Source: Thermithiobacillus tepidarius DSM 3134 (GTDB lineage: Bacteria; Pseudomonadota; Gammaproteobacteria; Acidithiobacillales; Thermithiobacillaceae). Taken from it: a stretch of 32,000 nucleotides of DNA. The stretch is from the NCBI RefSeq assembly GCF_048300925.1, contig NZ_CP133759.1, one strand, 5' to 3'. Below the pieces are notes generated by a model. It had not been told where the DNA came from. It searched no databases and saw nothing but the letters and a program-made list of their open reading frames with translations. A program made the translations under genes and the position numbers. Of this stretch, positions 16,539 to 26,551 are shown piece by piece (positions within the stretch are counted from its first letter, which is position 1; the number at the start of each line of letters is the position of its first letter).

Positions 16539-17846
16539 ATGATCGAACGTTATACCCGCCCGGAAATGGGCGCCCTGTGGACCCAGGAAGCCAAGTATCA
16601 GGCCTGGCTGGACGTGGAGCTGGCCGCCTGTCGGGCCTTGGCGGCCCAGGGCCGGATTCCGGCCGAGGATCTAGCCACCATCGAGGCCAAGGCCGCTTTC
16701 GACGCGGCGCGCATCGAAGAGATCGAACGCGAGGTCAAGCATGACGTCATCGCCTTCTTGACCTCCGTAGCCGAGTTCGTGGGGCCGTCCAGCCGCTTCA
16801 TCCACCAAGGGCTGACCAGCTCCGACGTGGTGGACACCGGCTTCGCCCTGCAATTGAAGCGGGCCGGCGAGCTGCTGCTGCAAGGCATGGACCGTCTCAT
16901 GCGCGCCCTGCACCGCCGTGCCTGGGAACACAAGGACACCATCATGATCGGTCGCTCCCATGGCATCCATGCCGAGCCGGTGACCTTCGGCCTCAAGCTG
17001 GCCGTCTGGTACGCCGAGGCCGGCCGCAACCGGGCACGGCTGCAGGCTGCCATCGACGACGTGGCGGTGGGCATGCTCTCCGGCGCGGTGGGCACCTTCG
17101 CCAACATCGATCCCTCGGTGGAAGAGGCGGTGTGCCGCGAGTTGGGCCTGACCCCCGAGCCGGCCAGTACCCAGGTCATTTCCCGCGACCGCCACGCCCA
17201 TTTTTTCAACACCCTGGCCGTGATTGCCGGCTCCATCGAAAAGATTGCGGTGGAGATCCGCCATCTGCAGCGCACCGAGGTGCTGGAAGCCGAGGAGCCC
17301 TTCACCAAGGGGCAGAAGGGCAGCTCCGCCATGCCGCACAAGCGCAACCCGATCCTGTCGGAGAACCTGACGGGTTTGGCGCGGCTGGTGCGCGGCTATG
17401 CGGGCATGGCCCTGGAGAACATCGCCCTCTGGCACGAGCGCGACATCTCCCATTCCTCCGTGGAGCGGGTGATCGGGCCGGATGCCACCATCACGCTGGA
17501 CTTCATGCTGCATCGGGTGAGCGGGCTCATCGAAAACCTGGTGGTCTACCCCGAGAACATGCTGAAGAATCTCAACCAGATGCACGGCCTCATCTTTTCG
17601 CAGCGGGTGCTGCTGGCCCTCACCGAGAAGGGCGCGCTCCGGGAGGATGCCTACCGCTGGGTGCAGCGCAACGCCATGCGCGTCTGGGAGGCGGGCGAGG
17701 ACTTCAAGTCCCTGCTGGCCCGGGATCCGGACGTGAGCGGCAAGTTGAGCCCGGCCGAGCTGGATGAGCTCTTCAGCCTGGATTACCACACCAAGGAGAT
17801 CGACCGGATCTTCGAGCGGGTGTTCGGGCCGTCCCTTTCCGTGTAA
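16539..17846 (+). CDS. purB: adenylosuccinate lyase
   Basis: [10 protein letters not shown]...; the signature is [11 protein letters not shown]. 435 aa, the short PurB type. Confidence 0.92.
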   Translation: MIERYTRPEMGALWTQEAKYQAWLDVELAACRALAAQGRIPAEDLATIEAKAAFDAARIEEIEREVKHDVIAFLTSVAEFVGPSSRFIHQGLTSSDVVDTGFALQLKRAGELLLQGMDRLMRALHRRAWEHKDTIMIGRSHGIHAEPVTFGLKLAVWYAEAGRNRARLQAAIDDVAVGMLSGAVGTFANIDPSVEEAVCRELGLTPEPASTQVISRDRHAHFFNTLAVIAGSIEKIAVEIRHLQRTEVLEAEEPFTKGQKGSSAMPHKRNPILSENLTGLARLVRGYAGMALENIALWHERDISHSSVERVIGPDATITLDFMLHRVSGLIENLVVYPENMLKNLNQMHGLIFSQRVLLALTEKGALREDAYRWVQRNAMRVWEAGEDFKSLLARDPDVSGKLSPAELDELFSLDYHTKEIDRIFERVFGPSLSV

Positions 17847-17875
17847 GCCGGGCGCGCCCGGCCTGGAGCCATAGC

Positions 17876-18586
17876 ATGCAAAAAGGCGAGCAACTGTACG
17901 AGGGCAAGGCCAAGGTGGTGTACGCCACCGACGACCCCCAGCGCCTCATCCTGCACTTCAAGGACGATACCTCCGCTTTCGACGGCGAGAAGGTGGAACG
18001 CTTGGCCCACAAGGGCGAGGTGAACAACAAGTTCAACGCCTTCATCATGCAGAAGCTGGCGGCGGCGGGCATCCCCAATCACTTCGAGCGCCTGCTCTCC
18101 GAGCGGGAGAGCGTAGTCAAGCGTTTGGAGATGATCCCGGTGGAGTGCGTGGTGCGCAACGTCACCGCGGGCTCCATCTCCCGACGCCTCGGCGTGCCCG
18201 AAGGCATGGAACTCGATCCGCCTACCTTCGAGTTCTTCCTCAAGAACGACGCTTTGCATGATCCCATGGTCAACGAGTCGCACATCCGTGCCTTCGGCTG
18301 GGCCACGGAAGAAGAGGTGGCACGCATGAAGGAGCTCACCTACAGGGCCAACGAGGTCCTGAAGAAGCTCTTTGCCGACGCCGGGCTGATCCTGGTGGAC
18401 TTCAAGCTGGAATTCGGCCGCTTCGACGGCCAGGTGCTGCTCGGCGACGAGTTCAGCCCGGATGGTTGCCGCCTGTGGGATGCGCAGACGCGCGAGAAAC
18501 TGGACAAGGATCGCTTCCGCCGCGGCTTGGGGGGCGTGGTGGAGGCGTATCAGGAGGTGGCGAGGAGGCTGGGGGTGGCGTTGTAG
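17876..18586 (+). CDS. purC: phosphoribosylaminoimidazole-succinocarboxamide (SAICAR) synthase
   Basis: [10 protein letters not shown]...DDTSAFDG...KGEVNN...LVDFKLEFG...[14 protein letters not shown]. 236 aa. Confidence 0.92.
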   Translation: MQKGEQLYEGKAKVVYATDDPQRLILHFKDDTSAFDGEKVERLAHKGEVNNKFNAFIMQKLAAAGIPNHFERLLSERESVVKRLEMIPVECVVRNVTAGSISRRLGVPEGMELDPPTFEFFLKNDALHDPMVNESHIRAFGWATEEEVARMKELTYRANEVLKKLFADAGLILVDFKLEFGRFDGQVLLGDEFSPDGCRLWDAQTREKLDKDRFRRGLGGVVEAYQEVARRLGVAL

Positions 18587-18612
18587 CCTGGGCTGCGCTT
18601 GCGGCTGGAGTT

Positions 18613-18882
18613 AGGTGCCGGGGGTTGCCCGGCGGCAATCGGCTTTTTGCCGCTCGTTGCGTTCGCATTCTTGGACGCGCAAGCGAGTAGGTTGGGCTGC
18701 ACCTGCGTAGCCCAACGGGTTTAAGGTAGGAGCGAGCTGGCTCGCGATCCGCCACCCCGGCCGCCGCCCGATCGCGGGCCAGCCCGCTTCTACAGCCTAA
18801 GCTGCCGGCCCGCTAGGCTTGGCATGGCGACGCAGCCGCCCGGAACACCCGCTCTCTGGGGGAGAGGGCAGGGTGAGGGGAC
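18613..18882. repeat. composite REP/BIME-like intergenic element, copy 2
   Basis: It has the same modular order as 3037-3345: terminal hairpin, REP pair, ~50-nt conserved box at roughly 85% identity by eye, second hairpin, then GGCAGGGTGAGGGGAC. Confidence 0.75.
18726..18793. repeat. REP-type inverted repeat pair
   Basis: GTAGGAGCGAGCTGGCTCGCGAT ... ATCGCGGGCCAGCCCGCTTCTAC. The two arms differ by paired A/T to G/C changes that keep each arm's internal hairpin intact. Confidence 0.8.
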
Positions 18883-18934
18883 GGTAGTGCGAAGGCCCGG
18901 CCATCGCCCCTGGACCGCGCTGCCGCCGCCAGCC

Positions 18935-19001
18935 GTAGGAGCGGGCTGGCCCGCGATCAGCATAGCGACCGCCGCCGAGTCACGGGCCAGTCCGCTCCTA
19001 C
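18935..19001. repeat. REP-type inverted repeat pair (additional copy)
   Basis: GTAGGAGCGGGCTGGCCCGCGAT ... TCACGGGCCAGTCCGCTCCTAC. Confidence 0.8.
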
Positions 19002-19161
19002 CCTCCCGTGAACCCGCGCGGCCCAGTTTGCTGCCGTGGCAACGATGGCACGGCGCCCGCGCGCCGCATGCTCTTCTGCCAGGAACGGGCGGGATGGGGA
19101 CGATTTGGATTCGGCGGTCCCTGTTCCTTAATCATCTGCTCCGCGTGCGGGAGGTCACTGC

Positions 19162-19794
19162 ATGTACATCCCCTCTGCTTTCAAGGAAAGCTCGCTGCCG
19201 CGCTTGCAGGCGTTCGTGCAGGACCATCCTTTCGCCGCCCTGGTGACTTGCCCGTCCGAGCGCTCCGGAGCGGGGCCCTTTGCGAGTCATGTGCCGCTGC
19301 TGCTGAATGCCGATCGGGGAGCGCAGGGCGTGCTGCGCGGGCATGTGGCGCGGGCCAATCCGCAGTGGCGGCACTTCGCGCCAGCGCGGGAGGTGCTGGC
19401 GATTTTCCATGGGCCGCATGCCGCCGTGTCTTCCGCCTGGTACGAGGAACCGGCTGCGGCTGTGCCGACCTGGAATTACGCGGCGGTGCATGTCTATGGC
19501 CGGGTCCGGCTGATCGCGGACACGGAGGAGGCACTTGTCCTGCTGCGGGACATGACGGCGCGCTTCCAGCCCGAAGGCGGCCATGTGCCGCTGCAGCCCC
19601 CTGCGGCGCGCACGCAGCAGCTGCTGTCCGCCATCGTGGCTTTCGAGATCGACATTACCCGCTGGGAAGGCAAGTTCAAATTGGGCCAGAACCGTTCCGC
19701 GGCGGACCGCCGGCGCATTCGGGAGGCGTTGCGGGAGCGGGGTGGGCATGATGATCTGGCGCTGGCGGAGATGATGCAGACGTTGGATAATTAG
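19162..19794 (+). CDS. paiB: FMN-binding negative transcriptional regulator, PaiB family
   Basis: MYIPSAF...HPFA.LV...HVPLLL...L.GH.ARANPQW...VPTWNY..VH..G...I.RWEGKFKLGQNR matches the PaiB-family pattern. SD is gggagg-N7-ATG. Confidence 0.75.
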   Translation: MYIPSAFKESSLPRLQAFVQDHPFAALVTCPSERSGAGPFASHVPLLLNADRGAQGVLRGHVARANPQWRHFAPAREVLAIFHGPHAAVSSAWYEEPAAAVPTWNYAAVHVYGRVRLIADTEEALVLLRDMTARFQPEGGHVPLQPPAARTQQLLSAIVAFEIDITRWEGKFKLGQNRSAADRRRIREALRERGGHDDLALAEMMQTLDN

Positions 19795-19928
19795 CGTTTT
19801 GCCACGTCTGTTTCGCAAATGCGAGGTTGCGCTTGCGAAGACGGTTGCGCCGAGCTGCGCTGCCGGCACGCGCTCTCGTCCCAGGCGGCGCACCTCTCGA
19901 TATCCACCGGGTTTGAAAAGGTCGAACC

Positions 19929-22900
19929 ATGCTCCAAATTCGCGGCTCCGCTGCCCTGTCTCCCTTCCGTCTGGACAAGCTGATGTCCGCCCTGCGGGAA
20001 AAAACTCCGCACATCCGCCATGTTTACGCCGAATTCGTCCACTTTGCTGAGTTGGGCGGTGATCTGGGCGCGGATGAGCACATTGTGCTGGAGCGTCTGT
20101 TGACCTACGGCCCCAGGCTGGCGGAGGAGGAGCCCGTCGGGCAATTGTTGCTGGTGCTGCCGCGCTTCGGCACCATCTCGCCCTGGTCCAGCAAGGCCAC
20201 CGACATCGCCCGGCATTGCGGTCTCGAAAAAATCAGGCGCCTGGAGCGGGGCGTGGCCTTCTATGTGCGCAAGGCGGACGAGAGCGCCCTGACGTCCGCC
20301 GAGCGGGCGGCGCTGCTGCCCCTGATCCACGATCGCATGACCGAGATGGTGGTGGACGATCTGGCCGATGCCGAGGGCCTGTTCCGGCACGCCGAGCCGG
20401 CGCCCCTGCAGACCGTGGATGTCCTGAACGGCGGCCGGGCGGCGCTGGCGCAGGCCAATCTGGCCTGGGGCCTGGCCTTGAGCCCGGACGAGATGGATTA
20501 TCTGGTGGAGAATTTCACCCGCATGGGGCGCAACCCCACGGACGTGGAGCTCATGATGTTCGCCCAGGCCAATTCGGAGCATTGCCGCCACAAGATCTTC
20601 AATGCCGAATGGGTCATCGACGGCGAGCGGCAGGAACTGTCCCTTTTCGCCATGATCCGCAATACCCACCGGCAGCATCCCGCGGGCACCCTGTCCGCCT
20701 ACAAGGACAACGCGGCGGTGATCGAGGGCTTCGCCGTCGAGCGCTTCTTCCCCGACCCCGAAACCCAGGGCTATGCTTACCATGCCGAGGATACCCACAT
20801 CCTCATGAAGGTGGAGACCCACAATCACCCCACCGCCATCTCGCCTTTCCCGGGGGCGGCGACCGGGGCCGGCGGCGAGATCCGCGACGAGGGCGCCACC
20901 GGCCGCGGCGCCAAGCCCAAGGCGGGGCTCAGCGGCTTTTCCGTGTCCAACCTGCGCATTCCCGGTGCCGAGCAGCCCTGGGAACAGCCGGCCTACGGCA
21001 AGCCGGAACGCATCGCTTCGGCGCTGGACATCATGCTGGAAGGCCCCATCGGCGCGGCGGCCTTCAACAACGAGTTCGGGCGTCCCAGCATCTGCGGCTA
21101 CTTCCGCACCTTCGAGCAGGCGGTGGCCGGCGAAGTGCGCGGCTATCACAAGCCCATCATGCTGGCCGGCGGCCTGGGCAACATCCGCCCCCAGCACGTG
21201 CAAAAGCGGGAGATCCCGGCGGGCGCCTATCTCGTCGTGCTGGGCGGGCCGGCCATGCTGATCGGCCTGGGCGGCGGCGCTGCCTCCAGCGTGGCCACCG
21301 GCGAGGGCCAGGAGGAGCTGGATTTCGCCTCGGTGCAGCGCGGCAACCCGGAGATGCAGCGCCGCGCCCAAGAGGTGATCGACCGGTGCTGGCAGTTGGG
21401 TGAGGCCAATCCCATCGTGTCCATCCACGATGTGGGGGCGGGCGGCCTGTCCAATGCCCTGCCGGAACTGGTGAACGATGCCGGCCGCGGCGGACGCTTT
21501 CAGCTGCGCAGCGTGCCCAACGAGGATCTGGGCATGTCGCCCATGCAGATCTGGTCCAACGAAGCCCAGGAGCGCTACGTGCTGGCCGTCGGCCAGGAGC
21601 ATTTCGAACGCTTCCGGGCCCTGTGCGAGCGCGAGCGTTGCCTTTATGCGGTGGTGGGCGAAGCCACCGCCGAGCAGCGCCTGGTGCTCGAAGACAGCTA
21701 CTTCCGCAACACCCCCATCGACATGGAGCTGAGCGTGCTGCTGGGCAAGCCGCCGCGCATGACCCGGGTCGTGCAGCGTTTGCCGCGCCCGGCGGTGCCC
21801 CTCGACAGCACCGGCATCGAGCTGCGGGAGGCGGCCTACCGGGTGCTGCGCCTGCCGACCGTGGCGGACAAGCGCTTTCTGATCACCATCGGCGACCGCA
21901 GCGTCGGCGGGCTGGTCTGCCGCGACCAGATGGTCGGCCCCTGGCAGGTGCCGGTGGCCGACGTGGGCGTCACCGCCATGAGCTTTACGGGCTATCGAGG
22001 CGAGGCCATGAGCATGGGCGAGCGCACGCCGATGGCACTGCTCGATCCGGCCGCCAGCGGCCGCATGGCCATCGGCGAGGCGCTGACCAACCTGGCGGCG
22101 GCCCGCGTCGAGCGCCTGGAAGACGTGAAGCTGTCTGCCAACTGGATGGCGCCGGCCGGCCACCCGGGCGAGGACGCCGGCCTCTATGACACGGTCCGGG
22201 CCGTGGGCATGGAGCTGTGTCCGGCGCTCGGCATCGCCATCCCGGTGGGCAAGGATTCCATGTCCATGAAGACGGTCTGGCGCGAGGGCGGGGAGGACAA
22301 GGCGGTCACCGCGCCCCTGTCCCTGATCGTGTCCGCCTTTGCCCGGGTGCCGGACGTGCGCAGGACCCTGACGCCGCAGCTACGCGCCGATCCGCAGACG
22401 GATCTCTTCCTCGTCGACCTCGGCGCCGGCCGCAACCGGCTAGGCGGCTCGGCGTTGGCCCAGGTCTACAAGCAGCTGGGCGACACACCGCCCGATCTCG
22501 ACGATCCGCAGCTCTTCAGAGGCTTTTTCGCCGCCGTGCAGCAGTTGAACGAGGCCGGCTTGGTGCTGGCCTACCACGACCGCTCCGACGGCGGCCTCTT
22601 CGCCACCCTCTGCGAAATGGCCTTCGCCGGGCACTCGGGCCTCGACGTGCAGCTCGACGGCCTGGGCGACGAGCCGCTGGCCGTGCTCTTCAGCGAAGAG
22701 CTCGGCGCCGTGCTGCAGACCCCTCGCGCGGCACGGGAACGGGTGCTGGCCGTGCTCGGTCAGCACGGATTGGCAGCCGTCAGCCACTGCATCGGCGCAC
22801 CCGCGAGCGACGACCGCATCGTTTTTCGCATGGGCGGGCGCGAGGTGCTGGCGGACAGCCGCATCGATCTCCAGCGCGCCTGGTCGGAGACCAGCTACCG

Positions 22901-23816
22901 CATGCAGTCCCTGCGCGACAACCCCAAGTGCGCCCAGGAGGAGTACGATGCCCTGCTGGACGCCGAGGATCCCGGCCTGCATGCTCATCTGAGCTTCGAT
23001 CCCGACGAGGACGTGGCCGCGCCCTATCTCAACCTGGGCACCCGGCCGCGGGTGGCCGTCCTGCGCGAACAGGGCGTCAACGGCCAAGTGGAGATGGCGG
23101 CGGCCTTCGAGCGCGCCGGCTTCGCCGCCGTGGACGTGCACATGAGCGACATCATCGCCGGGCGGGTCAGTCTGCAGGATTTCCGCGGCTTCGTCGCCTG
23201 CGGCGGCTTTTCCTACGGCGACGTGCTGGGCGCCGGCGAGGGCTGGGCCAAGTCCATCCTCTTCAATGCTCGCGCCCGCGACGAGTTCGAAGCCTTCTTC
23301 CAGCGCAGCGACAGCTTTGCCCTCGGTATCTGCAATGGTTGCCAGATGATGTCGAACCTGCACGAGATCATCCCCGGCGCCGAGCTGTGGCCGCACTTCG
23401 TGCGCAACGAATCGGAGCAGTTCGAGGCCCGGCTGGCGCTGGTGGAGGTGCCGGAAAACCCGTCCATTTTCTTCCGAGGCATGGCCGACTCGCGCATGCC
23501 CATTGCCGTGGCCCACGGCGAAGGCCGGGCCGAATTCCGCGATCCGGCGCAACTGGACCAGGCGCTGGCGTCCGGGATCGTGGCCATGCGCTGGGTGGAT
23601 CACCGCGGCCAGCCGACCCAACGCTATCCTTTCAACCCCAATGGCTCGCCCAGCGGCATTGCCGGGCTGACCACGCCCGATGGACGCTTCACCGTTGCCA
23701 TGCCGCATCCGGAGCGCGTGTTCCGGGCGATACAGCACTCATGGCGGCCGGACGATTGGAGCGAGGATGGCCCGTGGATGCGGATGTTCAGGAATGCGCG
23801 CGTGTGGACCCAGTGA
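19929..23816 (+). CDS. purL: phosphoribosylformylglycinamidine synthase (single-chain large PurL)
   Basis: 1295 aa. Motifs include [11 protein letters not shown] and [25 protein letters not shown]. The C-terminal GATase domain has GICNGCQM and HPE. Confidence 0.95.
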   Translation: MLQIRGSAALSPFRLDKLMSALREKTPHIRHVYAEFVHFAELGGDLGADEHIVLERLLTYGPRLAEEEPVGQLLLVLPRFGTISPWSSKATDIARHCGLEKIRRLERGVAFYVRKADESALTSAERAALLPLIHDRMTEMVVDDLADAEGLFRHAEPAPLQTVDVLNGGRAALAQANLAWGLALSPDEMDYLVENFTRMGRNPTDVELMMFAQANSEHCRHKIFNAEWVIDGERQELSLFAMIRNTHRQHPAGTLSAYKDNAAVIEGFAVERFFPDPETQGYAYHAEDTHILMKVETHNHPTAISPFPGAATGAGGEIRDEGATGRGAKPKAGLSGFSVSNLRIPGAEQPWEQPAYGKPERIASALDIMLEGPIGAAAFNNEFGRPSICGYFRTFEQAVAGEVRGYHKPIMLAGGLGNIRPQHVQKREIPAGAYLVVLGGPAMLIGLGGGAASSVATGEGQEELDFASVQRGNPEMQRRAQEVIDRCWQLGEANPIVSIHDVGAGGLSNALPELVNDAGRGGRFQLRSVPNEDLGMSPMQIWSNEAQERYVLAVGQEHFERFRALCERERCLYAVVGEATAEQRLVLEDSYFRNTPIDMELSVLLGKPPRMTRVVQRLPRPAVPLDSTGIELREAAYRVLRLPTVADKRFLITIGDRSVGGLVCRDQMVGPWQVPVADVGVTAMSFTGYRGEAMSMGERTPMALLDPAASGRMAIGEALTNLAAARVERLEDVKLSANWMAPAGHPGEDAGLYDTVRAVGMELCPALGIAIPVGKDSMSMKTVWREGGEDKAVTAPLSLIVSAFARVPDVRRTLTPQLRADPQTDLFLVDLGAGRNRLGGSALAQVYKQLGDTPPDLDDPQLFRGFFAAVQQLNEAGLVLAYHDRSDGGLFATLCEMAFAGHSGLDVQLDGLGDEPLAVLFSEELGAVLQTPRAARERVLAVLGQHGLAAVSHCIGAPASDDRIVFRMGGREVLADSRIDLQRAWSETSYRMQSLRDNPKCAQEEYDALLDAEDPGLHAHLSFDPDEDVAAPYLNLGTRPRVAVLREQGVNGQVEMAAAFERAGFAAVDVHMSDIIAGRVSLQDFRGFVACGGFSYGDVLGAGEGWAKSILFNARARDEFEAFFQRSDSFALGICNGCQMMSNLHEIIPGAELWPHFVRNESEQFEARLALVEVPENPSIFFRGMADSRMPIAVAHGEGRAEFRDPAQLDQALASGIVAMRWVDHRGQPTQRYPFNPNGSPSGIAGLTTPDGRFTVAMPHPERVFRAIQHSWRPDDWSEDGPWMRMFRNARVWTQ

Positions 23817-23964
23817 GGAGCCGATGAGCAGAAAAGCCACTCCGATGAAGCGCGTACGCCTTTGGTAAGTTGCCTGCGCCGGCCGATGCCAGCAAACTCG
23901 GTAAATGAGCGGTGTTTTACAGAAAACCGTCTTTACTTACATGCAAGGGCAAAAGGAGCGCGTA

Positions 23965-24039
23965 ATGTACAACATTCTGTATATCATCGGCGCCATCGTG
24001 GTCATCGTGGTGGTTTTGCGGGTATTGGGTTTGATGTAG
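23965..24039 (+). CDS. candidate 24-aa hydrophobic small protein (MYNILYIIGAIVVIVVVLRVLGLM)
   Basis: It is absent from the ORF track because it is too short. SD is aaaggag-N7-ATG, in a locally AT-rich patch. It forms a single predicted TM helix. Stop TAG at 24037-24039. Confidence 0.45.
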   Translation: MYNILYIIGAIVVIVVVLRVLGLM

Positions 24040-24244
24040 CGCGACAGGACGCTGACGATCCCTATGGGGCCTTTCTTGCGGCACGGGTGTCGCTGACTGC
24101 GCCGTGGCGCACCCGCAAGCAGGGGGAATATGGGTTGTTGGAGGGTGCCCGAGAAGCGGCGGGCCATGGTGGAACCTGCTTGGTAATCGCAACAGGAAAA
24201 TACAGGCTTTGGGCGGTTTTTCGAACCCGGCGCCAAATGCAACA

Positions 24245-24274
24245 AAGCCCGTCCCGCATCGGCGGGACGGGCTT
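24245..24274 (-). terminator. rho-independent terminator of the csp gene
   Basis: The 13-bp perfect stem is aagcccgtcccgc/gcgggacgggctt with a 4-nt loop. On the minus strand it is followed by UUUGUUGCAUUU, and it lies 12 nt after the csp stop. Confidence 0.8.
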
Positions 24275-24285
24275 GAATCAGTATT

Positions 24286-24489
24286 TTAACGAGGAATCAC
24301 TCGGCTGGTCTGCAGACCCTTCGGACCCCGCGTTACTTCGAATTCGACTCTCTGGCCTTCGGAGAGGGTTTTGAAGCCGTTGATCTCAATGGAGGAAAAA
24401 TGGGTGAAGACGTCCTCGCCGCCATCGGTGGGGGTGATGAAGCCATAGCCCTTCGCATCGTTGAACCACTTCACGGTACCGGTTTGCAT
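24286..24489 (-). CDS. cold-shock protein, CspA family
   Basis: [18 protein letters not shown] (RNP1) and VFTHFS (RNP2). 67 aa. A long AT-richer leader lies upstream. Confidence 0.92.
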   Translation of the reverse strand: MQTGTVKWFNDAKGYGFITPTDGGEDVFTHFSSIEINGFKTLSEGQRVEFEVTRGPKGLQTSRVIPR

Positions 24490-24715
24490 GTGTCGTCCTC
24501 TTGCTCGTTTGAATGTTGCAATAAAGCCTGTAAACAGTGCTGATTAGAAGGATGCTGTACCCCCGGCGAATGACGGTTTCCAGCCGACCCGAAATCTATC
24601 CTCCCGCAGCTTGTTGCCCGAAGCATGTTCGGTAATATGTTTTTAGCCTTTAAAGGTGGTTCCAGCAATAAGCCTTTAGTTCTACGAAATAATCGCCTGT
24701 CTGTGGAGATGCGCC

Positions 24716-25105
24716 ATGGAGCATGAAGAATCGCTGGAAGCGCTGTTTCTCGATGAAGCCGAGGAGGCGGTGGCTGCGTTGCCGGATTGGGTGCAGGCGC
24801 AAATGAGCAATGTCGCCTTTTTCGTGGAGGCCTATCCGAGCGCCGAAGTCCAGGCCAGCCTGGGCGTGGAGGATCCTTACGATCTGCTTGGCCTTTACAC
24901 CGGCACGCCCTTGCCCGATCGGGGCGGGCAATACGGTTACGGGAATCTGCCCGACGCCATTTACCTGTATCGTGAGCCCATCCTGGCTTATTGCGAGGAG
25001 ACCGGGGAGGATCTGCGGCATTGCGTCCGCCACGTGGTGGTGCATGAGGTCGGCCACTACTTGGGCCTGTCCGACGCGGAGATGGAGGCGATAGAAAAAA
25101 GTTAG
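24716..25105 (+). CDS. minimal zincin-like metallopeptidase family protein (DUF1025/Zincin_1-like)
   Basis: VVVHEVGHYLGLSDAEM carries HExxH near the C-terminus of a 129-aa acidic protein. SD is gtggag. Confidence 0.7.
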   Translation: MEHEESLEALFLDEAEEAVAALPDWVQAQMSNVAFFVEAYPSAEVQASLGVEDPYDLLGLYTGTPLPDRGGQYGYGNLPDAIYLYREPILAYCEETGEDLRHCVRHVVVHEVGHYLGLSDAEMEAIEKS

Positions 25106-25121
25106 CCCGCCATGGGCGGGC
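25105..25121. terminator. short GC hairpin between convergent genes
   Basis: gcccgcc-atg-ggcgggc gives a 7-bp stem that overlaps the stop of the zincin gene. On the plus strand it is preceded by an A-run (aaaaaagttA). Confidence 0.4.
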
Positions 25122-25149
25122 CAACACTTCAATGAAACGGGTGCTGCCT

Positions 25150-25449
25150 TTAGCGCTTGGCCTGAGCCCGTTTGGTTTCGGTTTGTCCTTGCTGATAGGC
25201 CAGTTCCGCCTGGATCTTGGCCTCCTTCGCCAGCTGTTCGGCCTTGTCGAATTCGTTCTTCTTGTAGGCGTCCTGGGCGTCCTTCATCAGTTTCTCCGTG
25301 GTGGTCCACAGATAATGGATGGAGTCGGCCTGGGCCACGGCTGCCTGGGCCTCCTTCAGCGCCTGGTCAGCACTGGCCTGGTCTGCCAACGCGGGCAGGG
25401 AGGCGAAGAGCGCCGCGCCCGCGGCAACGGCGGTCAAAAGCTTTTTCAT
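25150..25449 (-). CDS. secreted helical protein of unknown function (99 aa)
   Basis: SD is aaggag-N7-ATG. The signal peptide is MKKLLTAVAAGAALFASLPALA/DQ. The mature part is Ala/Lys/Gln/Glu-rich and looks helical. The track start (25530) has no support. Confidence 0.65.
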   Translation of the reverse strand: MKKLLTAVAAGAALFASLPALADQASADQALKEAQAAVAQADSIHYLWTTTEKLMKDAQDAYKKNEFDKAEQLAKEAKIQAELAYQQGQTETKRAQAKR

Positions 25450-25641
25450 GCACATCTCCTTCAGTCCGGATGGTTTCAAGCGCTTTCCTCGTGCGCTTTT
25501 AAGCATAGATCCTGTGCCGGCTTTTGCCAAGCGAGGCTGACTCTGCGGCAGCGGATGCTGCGATTTTCCCGCAGGGGAGTTATGCTATATTAAAGATAAG
25601 ATCAAGCTGACCGGTAAGACGGGTCACGACAGGATGCTAAA

Positions 25642-26148
25642 ATGATTGACGCAGACGGCTACCGTCCCAATGTGGGGATGATAATTTGCAATGACAAGGA
25701 CGAAGTGCTGTGGGCGCGCCGCATCGGAGAGCGCTCCTGGCAGTTTCCGCAGGGCGGCATGCACCCCCACGAGAGCCCGGAAGAAGCCATGTTTCGGGAG
25801 CTGAAGGAGGAGGTGGGTACCGACAAGGTCGAAATTCTGGGGCGTACCCGCAACTGGCTGCGCTACGAGCTCCCCTACAGCCGTCACCGTGCCCGCTCGC
25901 GCACCCGCTACCGCGGCCAGAAGCAAATCTGGTTCCTGTTGCGCTTTGCCGGTGATGAAGAGGAGATCAACCTGGCCACCGCCCGGCCTGAATTCGACGA
26001 GTGGCGCTGGGTGGACTACTGGTCGCCCATCGACGAGATCATCGAGTTCAAGCGCCAAGTCTATCAGCAGGCCCTATGCGAACTGGCGCCCTTGCTGGGC
26101 AAGGCGGTGCCGTCGGGGCGCTGGGCAGTGCGTAGCGGGAGCGTGTAG
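25642..26148 (+). CDS. rppH: RNA pyrophosphohydrolase (Nudix)
   Basis: MIDADGYRPNVGMII...WQFPQGG....E.PEEAMFRELKEEVG is the Nudix box. The RppH-typical N-terminus and C-terminal extension are both present. Confidence 0.88.
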   Translation: MIDADGYRPNVGMIICNDKDEVLWARRIGERSWQFPQGGMHPHESPEEAMFRELKEEVGTDKVEILGRTRNWLRYELPYSRHRARSRTRYRGQKQIWFLLRFAGDEEEINLATARPEFDEWRWVDYWSPIDEIIEFKRQVYQQALCELAPLLGKAVPSGRWAVRSGSV

Positions 26149-26212
26149 GGGAAACGCGGAGATGTTGCCGCGGAGCGCTTCAAGCGCTCTGGCGGGGACT
26201 GCGGAGGTGCAG

Positions 26213-26242
26213 GCGCCCTCCTGGCCGGAGCCGGGAGGGCGC
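26213..26242. terminator. hairpin terminator between rppH and the convergent small gene
   Basis: gcgccctcc-N12-ggagggcgc gives a 9-bp stem, followed on the plus strand by tctcgttt. Confidence 0.5.
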
Positions 26243-26255
26243 TCTCGTTTCGGCC

Positions 26256-26375
26256 TTACTTTTTCATGGACTTGATGGCGAAATAGGCCGACATGACCCC
26301 GACCATGCCCACCGCGAAAGCAACGGTGAAGACCGACAGCACTCCAGTGCTCGTGCTAAACAGGACATCCAGCAT
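26256..26375 (-). CDS. small membrane protein, 39 aa (MLDVLFSTSTGVLSVFTVAFAVGMVGVMSAYFAIKSMKK)
   Basis: It is missing from the ORF track. SD is aaggaggctaca-ATG. It has a single TM segment and a Lys-rich C-terminus. It is a paralogue of the 26552-26668 gene. I recall it as DUF3149-like, unverified. Confidence 0.65.
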   Translation of the reverse strand: MLDVLFSTSTGVLSVFTVAFAVGMVGVMSAYFAIKSMKK

Positions 26376-26425
26376 TGTAGCCTCCTTGGGTGTTTGTGGC
26401 GGTTCCATGATACTGCCAAGATAAA

Positions 26426-26454
26426 AAAATATAAAGGTATTTTTATTTTGTAAA
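26426..26454 (-). promoter_or_regulatory. sigma70-like promoter candidate for the 39-aa gene
   Basis: The minus strand reads TTTACA-N15-TATATT (or N17-TATTTT) inside a ~55-bp AT-rich patch, ~50-75 nt upstream of ATG 26375. Confidence 0.4.
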
Positions 26455-26551
26455 GAGGCGTGCCGATGCCGGGGGCGTGCAACGCACCCGAAGCGGGGAG
26501 GCTAGGCGGCAACCCTCCGTCCGTGCGTCGGGAGAGCGGCCGGAATGTTGC

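Noticed and set aside
19795-19928. Possible PurR-type operator upstream of purL (TCGCAAATGCGA and repeated TTGCG motifs)
   Set aside because: There is only a short 5-bp dyad, and it does not match the enterobacterial PUR box as I remember it. That is too weak to call.
19791-23827. 790-aa minus ORF, 536-aa plus ORF, 432-aa minus ORF and others within purL
   Set aside because: The purL frame is unambiguous, with 1295 aa of continuous homology. All the others are shadows.
23824-23868. 14-codon ORF MSRKATPMKRVRLW just after purL
   Set aside because: It is too short and the SD spacing is marginal. Nothing supports it beyond its existence.
23862-24374. 170-aa plus-strand ORF spanning the purL-csp spacer
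   Set aside because: It crosses the terminator hairpin and runs antisense into the csp gene. It has no RBS or motifs.
26264-26512. 82-aa minus-strand ORF from the track
   Set aside because: It has no RBS and a Pro/Ser/Cys-rich non-protein-like sequence. The 39-aa ORF in a different frame has a consensus SD and a clean TM helix.
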